Assembly (NCBI GenBank): GCA_963767005.1
Contig: CAVYCN010000004.1
Coordinates: 448,001 to 512,000 of the forward strand
Reading direction: 5' to 3'
Source of the DNA: an uncultured Actinomycetes bacterium
Lineage (GTDB): Bacteria > Actinomycetota > Thermoleophilia > UBA2241
DNA: 64,000 nucleotides
The position numbers and the translations under genes are program-made. The first letter of the stretch is position 1; every line of letters begins with the position of its first letter. The notes beneath the pieces were generated by a model that worked only from the letters and a program-made list of their open reading frames with translations, ran no database searches and was not told the origin of the DNA. Positions 37,412-47,876 of the stretch are shown here, piece by piece.

Positions 37412-38701
37412 TTGAGGCCACTCGCTGCGCAGCGCAAGCCCCTGTCCGGGGAGGCGGCCTTTCTGGCCGTGATCATGGCGTGCGGCCTGCTGGCCGTCGC
37501 CCTGCTCGCCGGCTGCAGCGGCGCCGCGGCCGGTGGCCCGGCGTCGCCGAGCCCGAGCCCGGTGCCCAGCGCCAGCGTCGTCATCAGACCGACCCTCGGT
37601 GCGCGCCGCGTCGCGCCCGGCCGGCCGATCACCGTGCGCGTGCGCCACGGCCACATCGTGCGCGTGGTGGCGACGACCGGTGGCGCACCGGTCAGCGGCA
37701 CCCTGAACGCCGCCGGCACGCTCTGGCGTAGCAGCACCCCGCTCCATATCGACGCGCGCTACGCCGTGTGGGCGAGGGCCGTCGACGCCGCCGGTCGGAC
37801 GGTCACGCAGCGCACCTGGTTCCGCACACTCGTGCCGTCACAGACCGCCTCGGCCGAGATCTTCGAGGCCGCCGGCGGCACGTACGGGGTCGGGATGCCG
37901 ATCATGCTGACCTTCGACCGGCCCATCACGGACCGGCAGGCGGTGGAGCGCTCACTCGAGCTACGCACGTCGCGGCGAGTGGTGGGCGCCTGGTACTGGG
38001 ACGGGGACGCCACGCTCTACTTCCGTCCGCGCGACTACTGGCCGGCGGGCACGGCGGTGCGTCTCACCGCCCGGCTGAACGGCGTCGAGGTCTCGCCGGG
38101 CGTCTACGGGGCGCACGACCTGACCCAGAGCTTTCGGGTCGGCGAAGCGCTGATCGTCGTGGCGAACACGCAGACCCACCGCTGCCGGGTCTACCGCGGG
38201 CATCGTCTCTTCGCCGACTGGGCGATGAGCTCGGGTCGGCCCGGCGACGACACCCCGAACGGCACCTATCTGACGATCGACAAGGGCAACCCGGTCGAGA
38301 TGAAGGGTCCGGGCTACGACATGCTGGTGCCCTGGTCGGTGCGCTTCACGTGGAGCGGCGACTACCTGCACGACGCCTACTGGTCGGTCGGTGAGCAGGG
38401 CTTCACCAACGTGAGCCACGGCTGCGTCAACCTGTCACCTCAGGCCGCCCAGACGTACTACGAGCTCGAGGTGCCGGGCGACCCGGTCACGGTCCAGGGC
38501 AGCCCGCGGGGCGGCGTCTGGGACAACGGCTGGACGGTCTGGTTCCTGTCGTTCAAGCAGCTCTGCGCCGGCAGCGCGTTGCACAAGGCGGTGGTCGCCG
38601 GGCGCCACGGCAGCGTGTTCATGCGGCCGGGATCGCTCAGGCCTTCGCACGCCAAGGCTCCTTTGCGCAGGCCCCTGGCGAACAACGCGACGCCGGCGTA
38701 G
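37412..38701 (+). CDS. L,D-transpeptidase lipoprotein (Ig-like + YkuD); start approximate
   Basis: LAGC, GVGMPI, FRPRDYWP, TPNG, HDAYW, SHGCVN. Confidence 0.92.
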   Translation: MRPLAAQRKPLSGEAAFLAVIMACGLLAVALLAGCSGAAAGGPASPSPSPVPSASVVIRPTLGARRVAPGRPITVRVRHGHIVRVVATTGGAPVSGTLNAAGTLWRSSTPLHIDARYAVWARAVDAAGRTVTQRTWFRTLVPSQTASAEIFEAAGGTYGVGMPIMLTFDRPITDRQAVERSLELRTSRRVVGAWYWDGDATLYFRPRDYWPAGTAVRLTARLNGVEVSPGVYGAHDLTQSFRVGEALIVVANTQTHRCRVYRGHRLFADWAMSSGRPGDDTPNGTYLTIDKGNPVEMKGPGYDMLVPWSVRFTWSGDYLHDAYWSVGEQGFTNVSHGCVNLSPQAAQTYYELEVPGDPVTVQGSPRGGVWDNGWTVWFLSFKQLCAGSALHKAVVAGRHGSVFMRPGSLRPSHAKAPLRRPLANNATPA

Positions 38702-38721
38702 GCGCGGGCGGCCGCCAGGGC

Positions 38722-40059
38722 TCAGGCGGGCGGCCCCGCGGCGAACTGGACGACGCTCGAGTGCTGTGTCCCCGACTCGTCGTCCCAGACCATCTGCACG
38801 GCGTCGCCCGGCACGTGGCGGCAGAGCACGGCGCTCAGGGCCTCGGGCGAGTCGAGCGTCCGGCCGTCGAGCGCGACGATGAGGTCGCCGGACGTGATGC
38901 CCGCCTGCGCGGCCGGCGTGTCATCGAGGACGCCCTTGACGGCGAGGCCGTGGCCGCGGGCGGCGCCGACCTGGATGCCCAGGAACGCGGTCTGGCCGAC
39001 GTGGACCGTGTCGGAGCCGTGCCCCGCCTGGATGAGCCTGACCTCCGCCATGGCGGCGTCGATGGGGATAGCGAAGCCCCTCTTCTTCAGGAAGCTCAAC
39101 GATTTCCGCGAGCCGGCGGTGTCGATGCCGATGACGCGCCCGTGCCGGTCCACGAGTGGGCCGCCGGAGTCGCCCGGCTCGATGTCGGCATCGGTCGCGA
39201 TCATGTGGTCCAGCCGCTCCGACGTGTTGTCGTAGACGTCGGTCGACTCGATGCGCTCCTCGAGTGCCACCACGGTCCCGGCGGCGGCGCTCGGGGTGCC
39301 GCCCTTGCCGCCGGCGTTGCCGATGGCCACGACCGCGTCGCTGAGCCTGAGCTTGGACGAGTCGCCGAGCCGGGCCGCGGGCAGGCCGGCCGCTCCCTCG
39401 AGCTGCAGCAGCGCCAGGTCGTGGCTGCGGTCGTAGCCGACCACGGTGGCCGTGAACTGCTGTCCGGTGCCGACGTCGAGCGCGTGGATGGTCCCGGCGC
39501 CGGCGATCACGTGGTTGTTGGTCAGCACGAGGCCGTCCGGGCTCAGCACGATGCCGGTTCCCTCGGCCTCGGTGTCCGCCTGATAGGCCAGCGTGGCCGT
39601 GATGTCGACGACCGTGGGGTCGACCATGCTCGTGACCAGGCCGGTGCTGTCGGCGGAGAGGGTGCCGGCCCCGGTCTGCGTCCGGCCGACCGCGTCGGCC
39701 CACCAGTGCGCCCCGAGGCCGAGCGTGGCGACGGCCGCCGTGACGCAGATCGCGGCGAGCAACCAGGCCGGGCTGCGCGCCGGGCGTCGCTGGATCGGGA
39801 CCCGGACGGCGACCGGCCGCCAGTCGGCGGCCCAGGGCGGGGCGCTGGGCGAGCCGGGCTCGCGCCACTGCGAGGTGTCGGTGGCGGGCGCGGGCCATGC
39901 GGGGCCGGGCCGGCTGGCCGGGTCGGGCTGCTGCCGGGCGAGACCGTCGCCCGGCCCGGGCGGTGATGGCTCTGGCACTGCGGCTCCTGCCACGGGTTCG
40001 GGCTCGCGGGCCGGGGATCTCACGCCGCCGCTGCGGCGGACGATCTCCCGGAAGCACAA
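38722..40059 (-). CDS. HtrA-like trypsin protease with PDZ; start uncertain
   Basis: LTNNHV, DLALL, PGDSGGP, C-terminal PDZ. Confidence 0.9.
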   Translation of the reverse strand: MCFREIVRRSGGVRSPAREPEPVAGAAVPEPSPPGPGDGLARQQPDPASRPGPAWPAPATDTSQWREPGSPSAPPWAADWRPVAVRVPIQRRPARSPAWLLAAICVTAAVATLGLGAHWWADAVGRTQTGAGTLSADSTGLVTSMVDPTVVDITATLAYQADTEAEGTGIVLSPDGLVLTNNHVIAGAGTIHALDVGTGQQFTATVVGYDRSHDLALLQLEGAAGLPAARLGDSSKLRLSDAVVAIGNAGGKGGTPSAAAGTVVALEERIESTDVYDNTSERLDHMIATDADIEPGDSGGPLVDRHGRVIGIDTAGSRKSLSFLKKRGFAIPIDAAMAEVRLIQAGHGSDTVHVGQTAFLGIQVGAARGHGLAVKGVLDDTPAAQAGITSGDLIVALDGRTLDSPEALSAVLCRHVPGDAVQMVWDDESGTQHSSVVQFAAGPPA

Positions 40060-40121
40060 GAGCGAGCCGGTCCTCCCGTCTGTATCGACACGGGCGCGCC
40101 CAGGCTCAAGGAAAGAGCGAA

Positions 40122-40169
40122 GAAGCGGTGGGGCGGGCGGCGCGTGAGCGCCGCCCGCCCCACCGCTTC
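40122..40169. terminator. 22-bp perfect stem, GTGA loop
   Basis: GAAGCGGTGGGGCGGGCGGCGC-GTGA-GCGCCGCCCGCCCCACCGCTTC just after the 40192-40791 stop. Confidence 0.75.
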
Positions 40170-40191
40170 GTGGGGCGGAACGGTCGGAGGG

Positions 40192-40791
40192 TCAGACGGC
40201 CGAGGCGGCCTCGACGCGTGCCTCGCGCTGGGTCAGCACGGCGCCGGCGGTCGCTACCGCGGCCGCGACACGGCGGGCGTGGACGAAGCCCAGTCCCGCG
40301 AGGACCAGCAGGATGGCCGCTCCGACGAACATCACGTAGGACGCGATGCCGGCGATCTGGGCCACCTTGGAGAAGGCGTAGGCGTTCAGCAACATGCCGC
40401 GCAGGGTCGTGCCCTGGAAGAGGGTCGCCTCTTGGGTCTTGAGCGTGGTGTTGGTCGGATCGGCCAACGCCGCGCTGCTGACCTGCGAGTAGGTCTTGCC
40501 GCCGGCGACCTCGGAGAGATGCACGGCGATGAAGTGGTCGGCGTAGGTCTCCGCCTGGGCGCCCGTGACGAGCTGCTGGCCGGCGTACCGCCGCATGGCG
40601 GCGAACTGCGGGCCCGCGGTCGCGGAGCTGCCCTTCGGCGGGAAGTAGATCTTCTGCATCGCGAGCTGGTTGTGGACCTGGTTGCCGATGAAGCTGTGGC
40701 CCCACACGAGCAGCCCGCCGGCCGCGAGGAGAACGATGGCGACGACCAGTCCGGCCGAGCTCACGACGTTGTCGATTGTCCTACGGGTCAT
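40192..40791 (-). CDS. Conserved two-TM membrane protein of unknown function
   Basis: QLAMQKIYFP, AETYADHFIAVHL, LFQGTTLRGMLLNAYAF; GAGGAGG RBS. Confidence 0.8.
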   Translation of the reverse strand: MTRRTIDNVVSSAGLVVAIVLLAAGGLLVWGHSFIGNQVHNQLAMQKIYFPPKGSSATAGPQFAAMRRYAGQQLVTGAQAETYADHFIAVHLSEVAGGKTYSQVSSAALADPTNTTLKTQEATLFQGTTLRGMLLNAYAFSKVAQIAGIASYVMFVGAAILLVLAGLGFVHARRVAAAVATAGAVLTQREARVEAASAV

Positions 40792-40971
40792 CTCGATCCC
40801 TCCTCTTGTGACCGCGGCGCGGCCTCAGGTTCACTGCTCGGCTTTGAGCCTAGGACGGCGTGGGGGTCCTTGAGAATCGGAGGGCGTCTCGTTGTTGTGT
40901 AGGACGCGCGACGCCGGACGGTCGGCGTCTGTCCTACAGGCGCAGCGCGCACACCTCGCCACCGCGCCGAG

Positions 40972-41604
40972 CTACTCGAGGAGACGGTTGTCGGCGGCGT
41001 AGCGCATGAGCTCGGCGTTGTTGCGCAGCTGCAGCTTGTCGAGGACGCGGGCGCGATACGTGCTCACCGTCTTGACGCTGAGCGCGAGCTCGCGGGCGAT
41101 CTCGGACACCGTCTCGCCCGAGGCGAGCAGGCACATGACCTGGTACTCGCGGTCCGAGAGCGTGTCGTGGGCCGGCTGCTCGTCCTCGCGCAGCACGAGC
41201 GAGGCGAGGTGCTCGGCGAGCGACGCGCTCACGTACCTGCCGCCCCGCGAGACCTTGCGGATGGCGGCGACCAGCTCCTCGGGCGCGCTGTCCTTGGCGA
41301 GGTAACCGGACGCCCCCGCGCGCAGGGCGCGCACGGCGTACTGCTCCTCGGGGTGCATGCTCAGCATGAGCACGGGCAGCCGGGGCCGCTCGCGCTTGAG
41401 CTGGGTGAGCGCGTCGATGCCGCTCTTCACCGGCATCGTGATGTCGAGCAGGACGACGTCGAACGCGTCGCTGCGGGCCCTGGCGAGGGCTTCGACGCCG
41501 TCGCCGGCCTCGCCGGCCACGACCAGGTCGGGCGCCTCCTCGATGATCTGCTTGAGCCCGCGACGCACGATCGGGTGGTCGTCGGCGATCAGGATCCTCA
41601 GCAT
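40972..41604 (-). CDS. NarL/UvrY-type response regulator
   Basis: ILIADDH, LLDITMP, LSDRE, LSVKTVSTYR. Confidence 0.94.
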   Translation of the reverse strand: MLRILIADDHPIVRRGLKQIIEEAPDLVVAGEAGDGVEALARARSDAFDVVLLDITMPVKSGIDALTQLKRERPRLPVLMLSMHPEEQYAVRALRAGASGYLAKDSAPEELVAAIRKVSRGGRYVSASLAEHLASLVLREDEQPAHDTLSDREYQVMCLLASGETVSEIARELALSVKTVSTYRARVLDKLQLRNNAELMRYAADNRLLE

Positions 41605-43289
41605 GCCGGCGCCTCGGGCGGGTCGAGCGGGATGGTGACGGTGACCACCGTCCCCTTGCCCGCGACGCCGCTGATCTCGACCGTGCCGCCCCACGGGCGG
41701 GCGCGCTCGCGCATGCCCAGCAGCCCGAGCGCGTACGAGTCGGCGGCCTGGTCTGCGCCGATGCCGACGCCGTCGTCTTCGACCCTCAGGGAGACGGTGT
41801 CCGCGCGCCTCGTCAGCCGGACGCTGACCCTGGTGGCGTGGGCGTGGCGGATGACGTTGGTCAGCGCCTCCTGGCAGATGCGAAAGACGGCCGTGGAGCG
41901 CTCTCGCTCCAGGGTCAGCGGCCGCGGACGGGCGCTGAAGCTGAAGGCGAGGTCGGCGTGCCGGGCGACCTCCTGCGTCTGCCATTCGAGAGCGTCGGCC
42001 AGGCCCAGGTCGTCGAGCACCGCGGGCCGCAGCTCGGTGGCGATGCGCTTCACCGTCTGGAGGGCGCCGTCGACCAGCTCGGTCAGGGCCGCGGTCTTGT
42101 CGAGCAGCGCGCGCTCGTCGGCGTCCAGACGCTTCGCGATCCACGAAAGGTCGATCTTGAGCGCGGTGAGGCTCTGGCCGAGCTCGTCGTGGATCTCGCG
42201 CGCCAGCCTCGTCCTCTCGGTCTCACGGACCGACTCGAGAAAGCGGGAGAGCTCACGGAGCTGCTCCTGTGAGGCCCGCAGCTGCTCCTCGGTCTCCTTC
42301 GCCGCGGTGATGTCGGAGACGGCGTGAAAGTAGACACGGTGCCCGTCGGCGGTCAGCCTGCCGGTCGGGTAGATCGCCGATCGGACCCAGCGGCCCGTGG
42401 CGTGGTCGCGGACCTCGCGCTCGACCGCCTCGTCCGTGGCGGTGGCCTCTTCGAGCGGGCACCCGTACCAGGGCCCGTCGCAGCCGTGGATGGCGCGCGG
42501 ACAGTACTGGCCGACGACCTCCTCCGGCGTCAGCCCGAGCTGGCCCCGCACGGCGGCGTTCGCCTGCACGATGCGGTGCCGGTCGTCGACGAGCATCACG
42601 TAGAAGGGAAAGGCCTCGAGGACGTCCGCGGCGCTGAGGTCGTTCGCGAGCTGTCCGGCCGTGCTGTGTGCGCCGTCCGGCCGGTCTGCGTCTCTGTCGG
42701 CGGTAAGGGACGTGCCGCTGCCCTCCGGGTCCGCGCCGGGGCGACCGCGCTGGCCCTCCCGGCTTCGTGGCGTCTTCACATGATAGGACGTCGGCCTTCT
42801 CTGTCGAGGCCGGGGGAGCGGCTTGCGCGCTTCCCAGTAGTCGAGGCGCTGCTCCTCGCCGACGTCGATGGAGCGCTCCTCCACGACCTCGTAGCCGAGC
42901 GTCTCGTAGAAGCGTCGCGAGGGCAACGAGACGCTCAGGCTCACCTCGCCGTGACCGTCCGCCCGGGCCAGGCCCTCGAGCTCGGCCATGATGGCCCTGC
43001 CCCAGCCGCGTCCCTGGCTGGCAGGCAGCACGAACACCCCGAGGATCTCGTGGCCGACGATGCTGCCGGTGGCGATCGCCCGATCGCCCTCCTCGGCGAG
43101 CAGCGTCGCGCCGGACCGCAGCCGCTCGACGATCTGTTCCTCGCGGTGGAAGGTCTTGAAGAACTCGACGGCGCGGGGTGGGTAGGCGGCGGTGTAGCAG
43201 GCGTCGATCGTCTCGTGGATCAGACGCTGCAAGGCGGGCGCGTCGCGCTCCTCGGCCCGGCGGACGACCACTGTCTGCGATCCGTCCAC
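41598..43289 (-). CDS. GNAT + PAS + HisKA_3 histidine kinase in one open frame
   Basis: QGRGWG GNAT motif; PAS; REIHDELGQ, QEALTNV, DDGVG, GLLGMRER. Confidence 0.85.
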   Translation of the reverse strand: MDGSQTVVVRRAEERDAPALQRLIHETIDACYTAAYPPRAVEFFKTFHREEQIVERLRSGATLLAEEGDRAIATGSIVGHEILGVFVLPASQGRGWGRAIMAELEGLARADGHGEVSLSVSLPSRRFYETLGYEVVEERSIDVGEEQRLDYWEARKPLPRPRQRRPTSYHVKTPRSREGQRGRPGADPEGSGTSLTADRDADRPDGAHSTAGQLANDLSAADVLEAFPFYVMLVDDRHRIVQANAAVRGQLGLTPEEVVGQYCPRAIHGCDGPWYGCPLEEATATDEAVEREVRDHATGRWVRSAIYPTGRLTADGHRVYFHAVSDITAAKETEEQLRASQEQLRELSRFLESVRETERTRLAREIHDELGQSLTALKIDLSWIAKRLDADERALLDKTAALTELVDGALQTVKRIATELRPAVLDDLGLADALEWQTQEVARHADLAFSFSARPRPLTLERERSTAVFRICQEALTNVIRHAHATRVSVRLTRRADTVSLRVEDDGVGIGADQAADSYALGLLGMRERARPWGGTVEISGVAGKGTVVTVTIPLDPPEAPAC

Positions 43290-43676
43290 GACCCCTTTCT
43301 CCTTGCTGCCCCTTCGTCTCGAACGGCGGCCCCGACCGAGGGGCCGCAGGCTCGGGGCCCGAAGCCTGACACACCACGTCCCGGCCGGCCAGCGTGGCCG
43401 CGTCACGCCCAGTGAGAACCGGGAGACCCCCGATGGATGGAACCGGTGGCCTCCCGGCGTCTAACCGATGACCGCGATCGACCGATACGTATCGTAGGAG
43501 GTGCGGTGAGTCGGGCGTCTTTCATCGGGGATGGGCTCGCAGGCGTGACGAACGCATACCCTGCGCGCGCCCTGACGCCGCTTGCCCTCACGGGACGGCG
43601 CGGCCGGGCTCGTGACGGCGCCTCAAAGGCGACGCGAGGAGACGACCGGGAGCGCGCCGACGTGTCGCGCGCGGCG

Positions 43677-44315
43677 ATGCCGGTCGCCACCGAGGTCGAC
43701 GACCGGACCGTGGCCGCCGCCCAGCGTCGCGACCGTGAGGCGTTCGCCGCCATCGTCGCCTGCTATCAGGACCGGCTCCGCATGCTCGCCTACCACCAGC
43801 TCCACGACCGGCACCTGGCCCAGGATGCCGTCCAGGACACCTTCATCAAGGCCTGGCGCGCGTTGCCGGGTTTTCGCCGTGGGGCCTCGGTGGGCACCTG
43901 GCTCTACCGCATCGCTTACACGACCTGTGTCGACTACGAGCGCCGGCGTGCACGGCGACCCGAGATCACCGGCGACGCCGACCTCCGAGCGTCGGTGTCA
44001 CGTGCGCCCGACGACGAGGCGCTCAGGCGCACCGAGCTCGCGCGGCTCCTGGCGGCGCTGCCTGCGGCCCAGCGGCTCACGGTGCTTCTGATCGACCGCG
44101 AAGGGCTCGACTACCGCACGGTCGCCCGGATCATGGCAGTCTCGCCGGGCACGGTCTGCTCGCGTTTGAGCCGGGCCCGCGGAGCCTTGCGACGCGCGCT
44201 CGGCGACGAGGTCGAGCGCTGCGGCGGCGTCGAGCGCTGCGGTGGGGTCGAGAGCATCGGCGACGAGGCCGAGCGTGACCACGGCGTGAGAGGGCAGGGG
44301 GTGACGGAACGATGA
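43677..44315 (+). CDS. ECF RNA polymerase sigma factor; start approximate
   Basis: AQDAVQDTFIKAW, TWLYRIA, GTVCSRLSRAR. Confidence 0.9.
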   Translation: MPVATEVDDRTVAAAQRRDREAFAAIVACYQDRLRMLAYHQLHDRHLAQDAVQDTFIKAWRALPGFRRGASVGTWLYRIAYTTCVDYERRRARRPEITGDADLRASVSRAPDDEALRRTELARLLAALPAAQRLTVLLIDREGLDYRTVARIMAVSPGTVCSRLSRARGALRRALGDEVERCGGVERCGGVESIGDEAERDHGVRGQGVTER

Positions 44316-46495
44316 AGGTCGAGCGCGACCCGAGACTGGCCGAGGCCCTGCGCCGCGATGTCGGCGCGCCGCCCTTCGATGACGGCTTCGCCGAGGGACT
44401 GTGGCGCCGCATCGACGAAGACGCCGCCGGCCGGCGGAAGGCCGGGCTGGCGGCGGTCCTCTCCGGGGTGCTGCGCGTTGGGTCGCGCCGCCGCTACCTG
44501 CTTGCGACAGCCGCCGCCGCGGCGGCGCTCGTCGTCGCCCTGGCGCTGACCGGCGTGCCGGGACTGGGCGGGACGCAGCCCGCGCCGGCGACGGCGGCGA
44601 TGCGCGTCGTCGCCGCGATGGACGCGGGACTCGCGCGCGTGCAGACCTTCCAGGGTACGATCGTCTTCGACGGTACGCCCGCCCAGCGGTCGCTCGGCGC
44701 CGGCTATCAGGCCGTCGCGCCCTTGCAAACGGCGAGCATCGTGCTCCGCGCGAACGGCGACAGCTACCTCGACGTGCGCTACGGGCCGGTCGGCGCGGCC
44801 GAGGTCGCGCAGATCCGCCACGAATACCGGCTGAAGCTGGCCTATTGGCGCCGCGTGCTGCCGGCCCACCCGAAGGGCTTGACCGCGGCCCAGATCACCC
44901 AAAAGAAGGCGCAGCGTCGCGACGACCTGTTGCTGCAGCGCTCGGTTACGGAGCGTTGCGTGTGCGTCAGCGATGAGACGGCGCACCGCCTGCAGATCAA
45001 GGAGTGGATGTACGACGTCTTCACCGGTCGCTTCCTCGGCATCCGCTACAAGTCCTGGCACGGGTTCGCCGGTGTGCGCGACCTTGGGCAAGCGGAGATC
45101 GGCATCGTGCTCTCGCTGGCGACGCAGGTGCGCTCGGCCCTGGCCGATCGCAGCCCCGACGTCGCGGTCAGCGACACGAGCTACGCGGGGCGGCCGGCCC
45201 AGCTCGTCGTCATGCGCCTGGGCGGCGGAGCCGTCTGGCGCGCCGTGGTCGACCGGACGTATGGCGTCGTGCTGTCCTTCCAGCGGGCCGCGGGATCGCC
45301 GGCGGGCGGCCCGCGGTTCGTCGCCTTCCACATCGTCGGCGCCGCGGTCAACGGGCCGGTCGCCGCCGCGCGGTTCGTGCTGCGGCCGGACTACCGCTAC
45401 ACGCCCGACGGCACCGCTACGGCGACCGGCGCGCCGGATCTGACCAAGTACAACGTCGACATCACGGACATCTCCTATATCGCGCCGTCCGAGCTGCGCC
45501 GGCGCGCTGAAGACGGGGCTCTGGCGCCCGCCTGGGCGCCGAGCGGCTACCGTCTGGCTGAGGTCGGCGTGAGCCCCTCGGAGGGGCCCGGCTGGACGAC
45601 GCTCATCTACCGCCGGGGCCTGAGCATGTTCAGCGTCGAGAGCGACGCCGGCACGGACTCGCGCTTCGACGTCTTCCACTGGGCCCAGCTACAGGGCCCG
45701 GTGCTTCAACTCCACGGCGGCGCGCTCTCAGGCTGGCCGGCCGAGACCACGACCCTGGGCCTGGCAGATGCCACGACCGCCTGGCCCGGCGACTGGGGCG
45801 AGGGGCTGCAGGCCGAGTACTGGGGGCGGTCGGTCGTGGTCGAGGGCGACCTGAGCCACGGCGAGCTGCTGCAGGTGGCGGACTCGCTGCGGCCGGTGAA
45901 CGGCAGGTCGCCTCACGCCGGGGGGCGCCTGACGGCACTGGCGGCGCTGATGGGATTCCTCGCCCTCGCGATCGCGACCGTCGCCATCCGGGCCATCCGT
46001 CGCCGCGTTCGGCCCGACCGGCACCTGTTGCTCGCCGTCGCCGGCTGCCTCGGCGTCGCCGCGGGCCTGGGCCTCGACTGGCACGCCATGGCCGGGGCGG
46101 GATCGCGCTTCGCCACGAGCGGCTGGAGTGAGACCCCCGGCCTGCTGTCGCTTGCCTGCGCTCTTGCGGCGCTGTGCGCAGCGGCCTGGCAGCCGGCCGC
46201 GAAGGGGCGGGTCAGGGAGGTTCTCGCCGGCCTGGTCGCGCCGCTCGCGACGCTCGCGCTTTGTGCCGTCGGCGGGGCGCTCGTCTACCTGCCCGCCAGC
46301 GCGCGCTTCACGACAGACACGGCGGGCCTGTCGGTGGTGCAGCAGTACGTGCTGGGCCGCTCGAGCGTGCCGACGCCGGGGCTGGGCATGCTGGTGTCGG
46401 CGGCCGGCGCCGTGCTGCTGCTGGCGAGCGCGCTGACCCTGCGCCGGCGGGCGGCGAGGGAGCGGGTCGGCATGCCGGACGGCGCGGCGAGCTGA
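44312..46495 (+). CDS. Putative anti-sigma membrane protein with large extracytoplasmic domain and multi-TM tail
   Basis: ATGA overlap with sigma; N-terminal cytoplasmic part, TM, PAWAPSGY motif, several C-terminal hydrophobic helices. Confidence 0.6.
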   Translation: MKVERDPRLAEALRRDVGAPPFDDGFAEGLWRRIDEDAAGRRKAGLAAVLSGVLRVGSRRRYLLATAAAAAALVVALALTGVPGLGGTQPAPATAAMRVVAAMDAGLARVQTFQGTIVFDGTPAQRSLGAGYQAVAPLQTASIVLRANGDSYLDVRYGPVGAAEVAQIRHEYRLKLAYWRRVLPAHPKGLTAAQITQKKAQRRDDLLLQRSVTERCVCVSDETAHRLQIKEWMYDVFTGRFLGIRYKSWHGFAGVRDLGQAEIGIVLSLATQVRSALADRSPDVAVSDTSYAGRPAQLVVMRLGGGAVWRAVVDRTYGVVLSFQRAAGSPAGGPRFVAFHIVGAAVNGPVAAARFVLRPDYRYTPDGTATATGAPDLTKYNVDITDISYIAPSELRRRAEDGALAPAWAPSGYRLAEVGVSPSEGPGWTTLIYRRGLSMFSVESDAGTDSRFDVFHWAQLQGPVLQLHGGALSGWPAETTTLGLADATTAWPGDWGEGLQAEYWGRSVVVEGDLSHGELLQVADSLRPVNGRSPHAGGRLTALAALMGFLALAIATVAIRAIRRRVRPDRHLLLAVAGCLGVAAGLGLDWHAMAGAGSRFATSGWSETPGLLSLACALAALCAAAWQPAAKGRVREVLAGLVAPLATLALCAVGGALVYLPASARFTTDTAGLSVVQQYVLGRSSVPTPGLGMLVSAAGAVLLLASALTLRRRAARERVGMPDGAAS

Positions 46496-46522
46496 GCGCG
46501 CCTGCGGCGCGCGGCTCGCCGC

Positions 46523-47842
46523 CTAGAAGGCGAGCCGCCCCTCGTCGACCGCCAGACGTCCGTTGGCGATGATGCAGCGGATGTTGGCGGCGTCGTAGAG
46601 GACGTCGGCGTCGGCCGTCGGGTCCTTTGTGACGATCAGCAGGTCGGCGGCCTTGCCCGGCTCGATCGTGCCGATGCGGTGCGCCATGCCGAGGGCCTGC
46701 GAGCCGACGCTCGTGGCGGCCGTGATCGCCTCGAGCGGCGTCATGCCGCCCTTGACCATCGCCCTGAGCTCACGCGCGCTGTACTCGCCGTGCGGGGTGA
46801 GCGGCGAGTAGACAGAGTCGGAGCCGAGCGCGATCTTCACGCCGAGCTCACGGGCCATCCTGAAGTTGTCGAACACGGCGCGCGCATAACCCGCGGCGGC
46901 GTCGGCGCTGAGCACCTCGTCGACGTCACGGTGCAGGAAGACCTCGGGCCGGACGTGCTCGACCGCGCCGTCGGCCGGCATGAAGTCGGTGTACCAGGTG
47001 GTGAGCAGCTCGAGGGTGGGCACGAGGATTGTGCCCCGCCGCACCATCTCGCGGCACAGCTCCTCGTCTAAGTCCTCGCCGTGCTCGATGGTGTCGACGC
47101 CGGCGCTGACGGAGTCGCGGATGGCGTCGCGGTTCTCGGCGTGCGACAGCACCAGCGTGCCGCGCTGCATGTGGGCCTCGTTCACGGCCGTGGTGATCTC
47201 CTCGAAAGTGTAGTGCTGGTCGCAGTTGCGGTCGTTTGCCCAGTTACCGCCGCCGCTCGCCCAGATCTTGATCTCGTCGGCGCCCTCGCGCAGCAGACGC
47301 CGCACCCACTTGCGGATCTCGTCGGGGCCATCGGCCAGCACGGCCCAGAAGTGATTGCGCACGACGTACTCCTCGTCGTACTGATAGGCGTCGCCGTGGC
47401 CGCCGGTGCGGCAGAGACCGGGCCCGCAGGCGATCACGCGCGGGCCCGGCAGTGAGCCGTCGCGAAAGACACGCTTGAGGTAGAGGCCGTTCCAGGAGAT
47501 GTCGCGCACCGACGTGAAGCCGCGCTTGAGGACGGCCTGCGCTTCGGCGACGGAGCGGATGGCGCGCACCAGCTTGGGCTCCATGAGGACGCCGAGCTCC
47601 TGCTCTTCGATGTCGCCGCGCCCGCCCGGCAGGTGGACGTGGGCGTCGATCAGGCCGGGCAACACGAAATGGCCGCTGCAATCGAGCTGCTGGAGGTCGC
47701 CCTCCGCACGGAACTCGCGCATGCCGGCGACGGTGACGATGTCGCCGCCATCGACCAGCACGGCCATGTCGTCGCGTGGGGCGCCGCCGAGCCCGTCGAT
47801 GACGGTGGCGTGCAGCAGGGCGTATCGATGCTCGAGGTTCAT
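46523..47842 (-). CDS. Amidohydrolase (Xaa-Pro dipeptidase-like)
   Basis: PGLIDAHVH, TGGHGD, IEHG, GSD, GKAADL. Confidence 0.9.
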   Translation of the reverse strand: MNLEHRYALLHATVIDGLGGAPRDDMAVLVDGGDIVTVAGMREFRAEGDLQQLDCSGHFVLPGLIDAHVHLPGGRGDIEEQELGVLMEPKLVRAIRSVAEAQAVLKRGFTSVRDISWNGLYLKRVFRDGSLPGPRVIACGPGLCRTGGHGDAYQYDEEYVVRNHFWAVLADGPDEIRKWVRRLLREGADEIKIWASGGGNWANDRNCDQHYTFEEITTAVNEAHMQRGTLVLSHAENRDAIRDSVSAGVDTIEHGEDLDEELCREMVRRGTILVPTLELLTTWYTDFMPADGAVEHVRPEVFLHRDVDEVLSADAAAGYARAVFDNFRMARELGVKIALGSDSVYSPLTPHGEYSARELRAMVKGGMTPLEAITAATSVGSQALGMAHRIGTIEPGKAADLLIVTKDPTADADVLYDAANIRCIIANGRLAVDEGRLAF

Positions 47843-47876
47843 CGGCGCTCCCTCCTTTCCCAGGGGGCTCCCTGGA

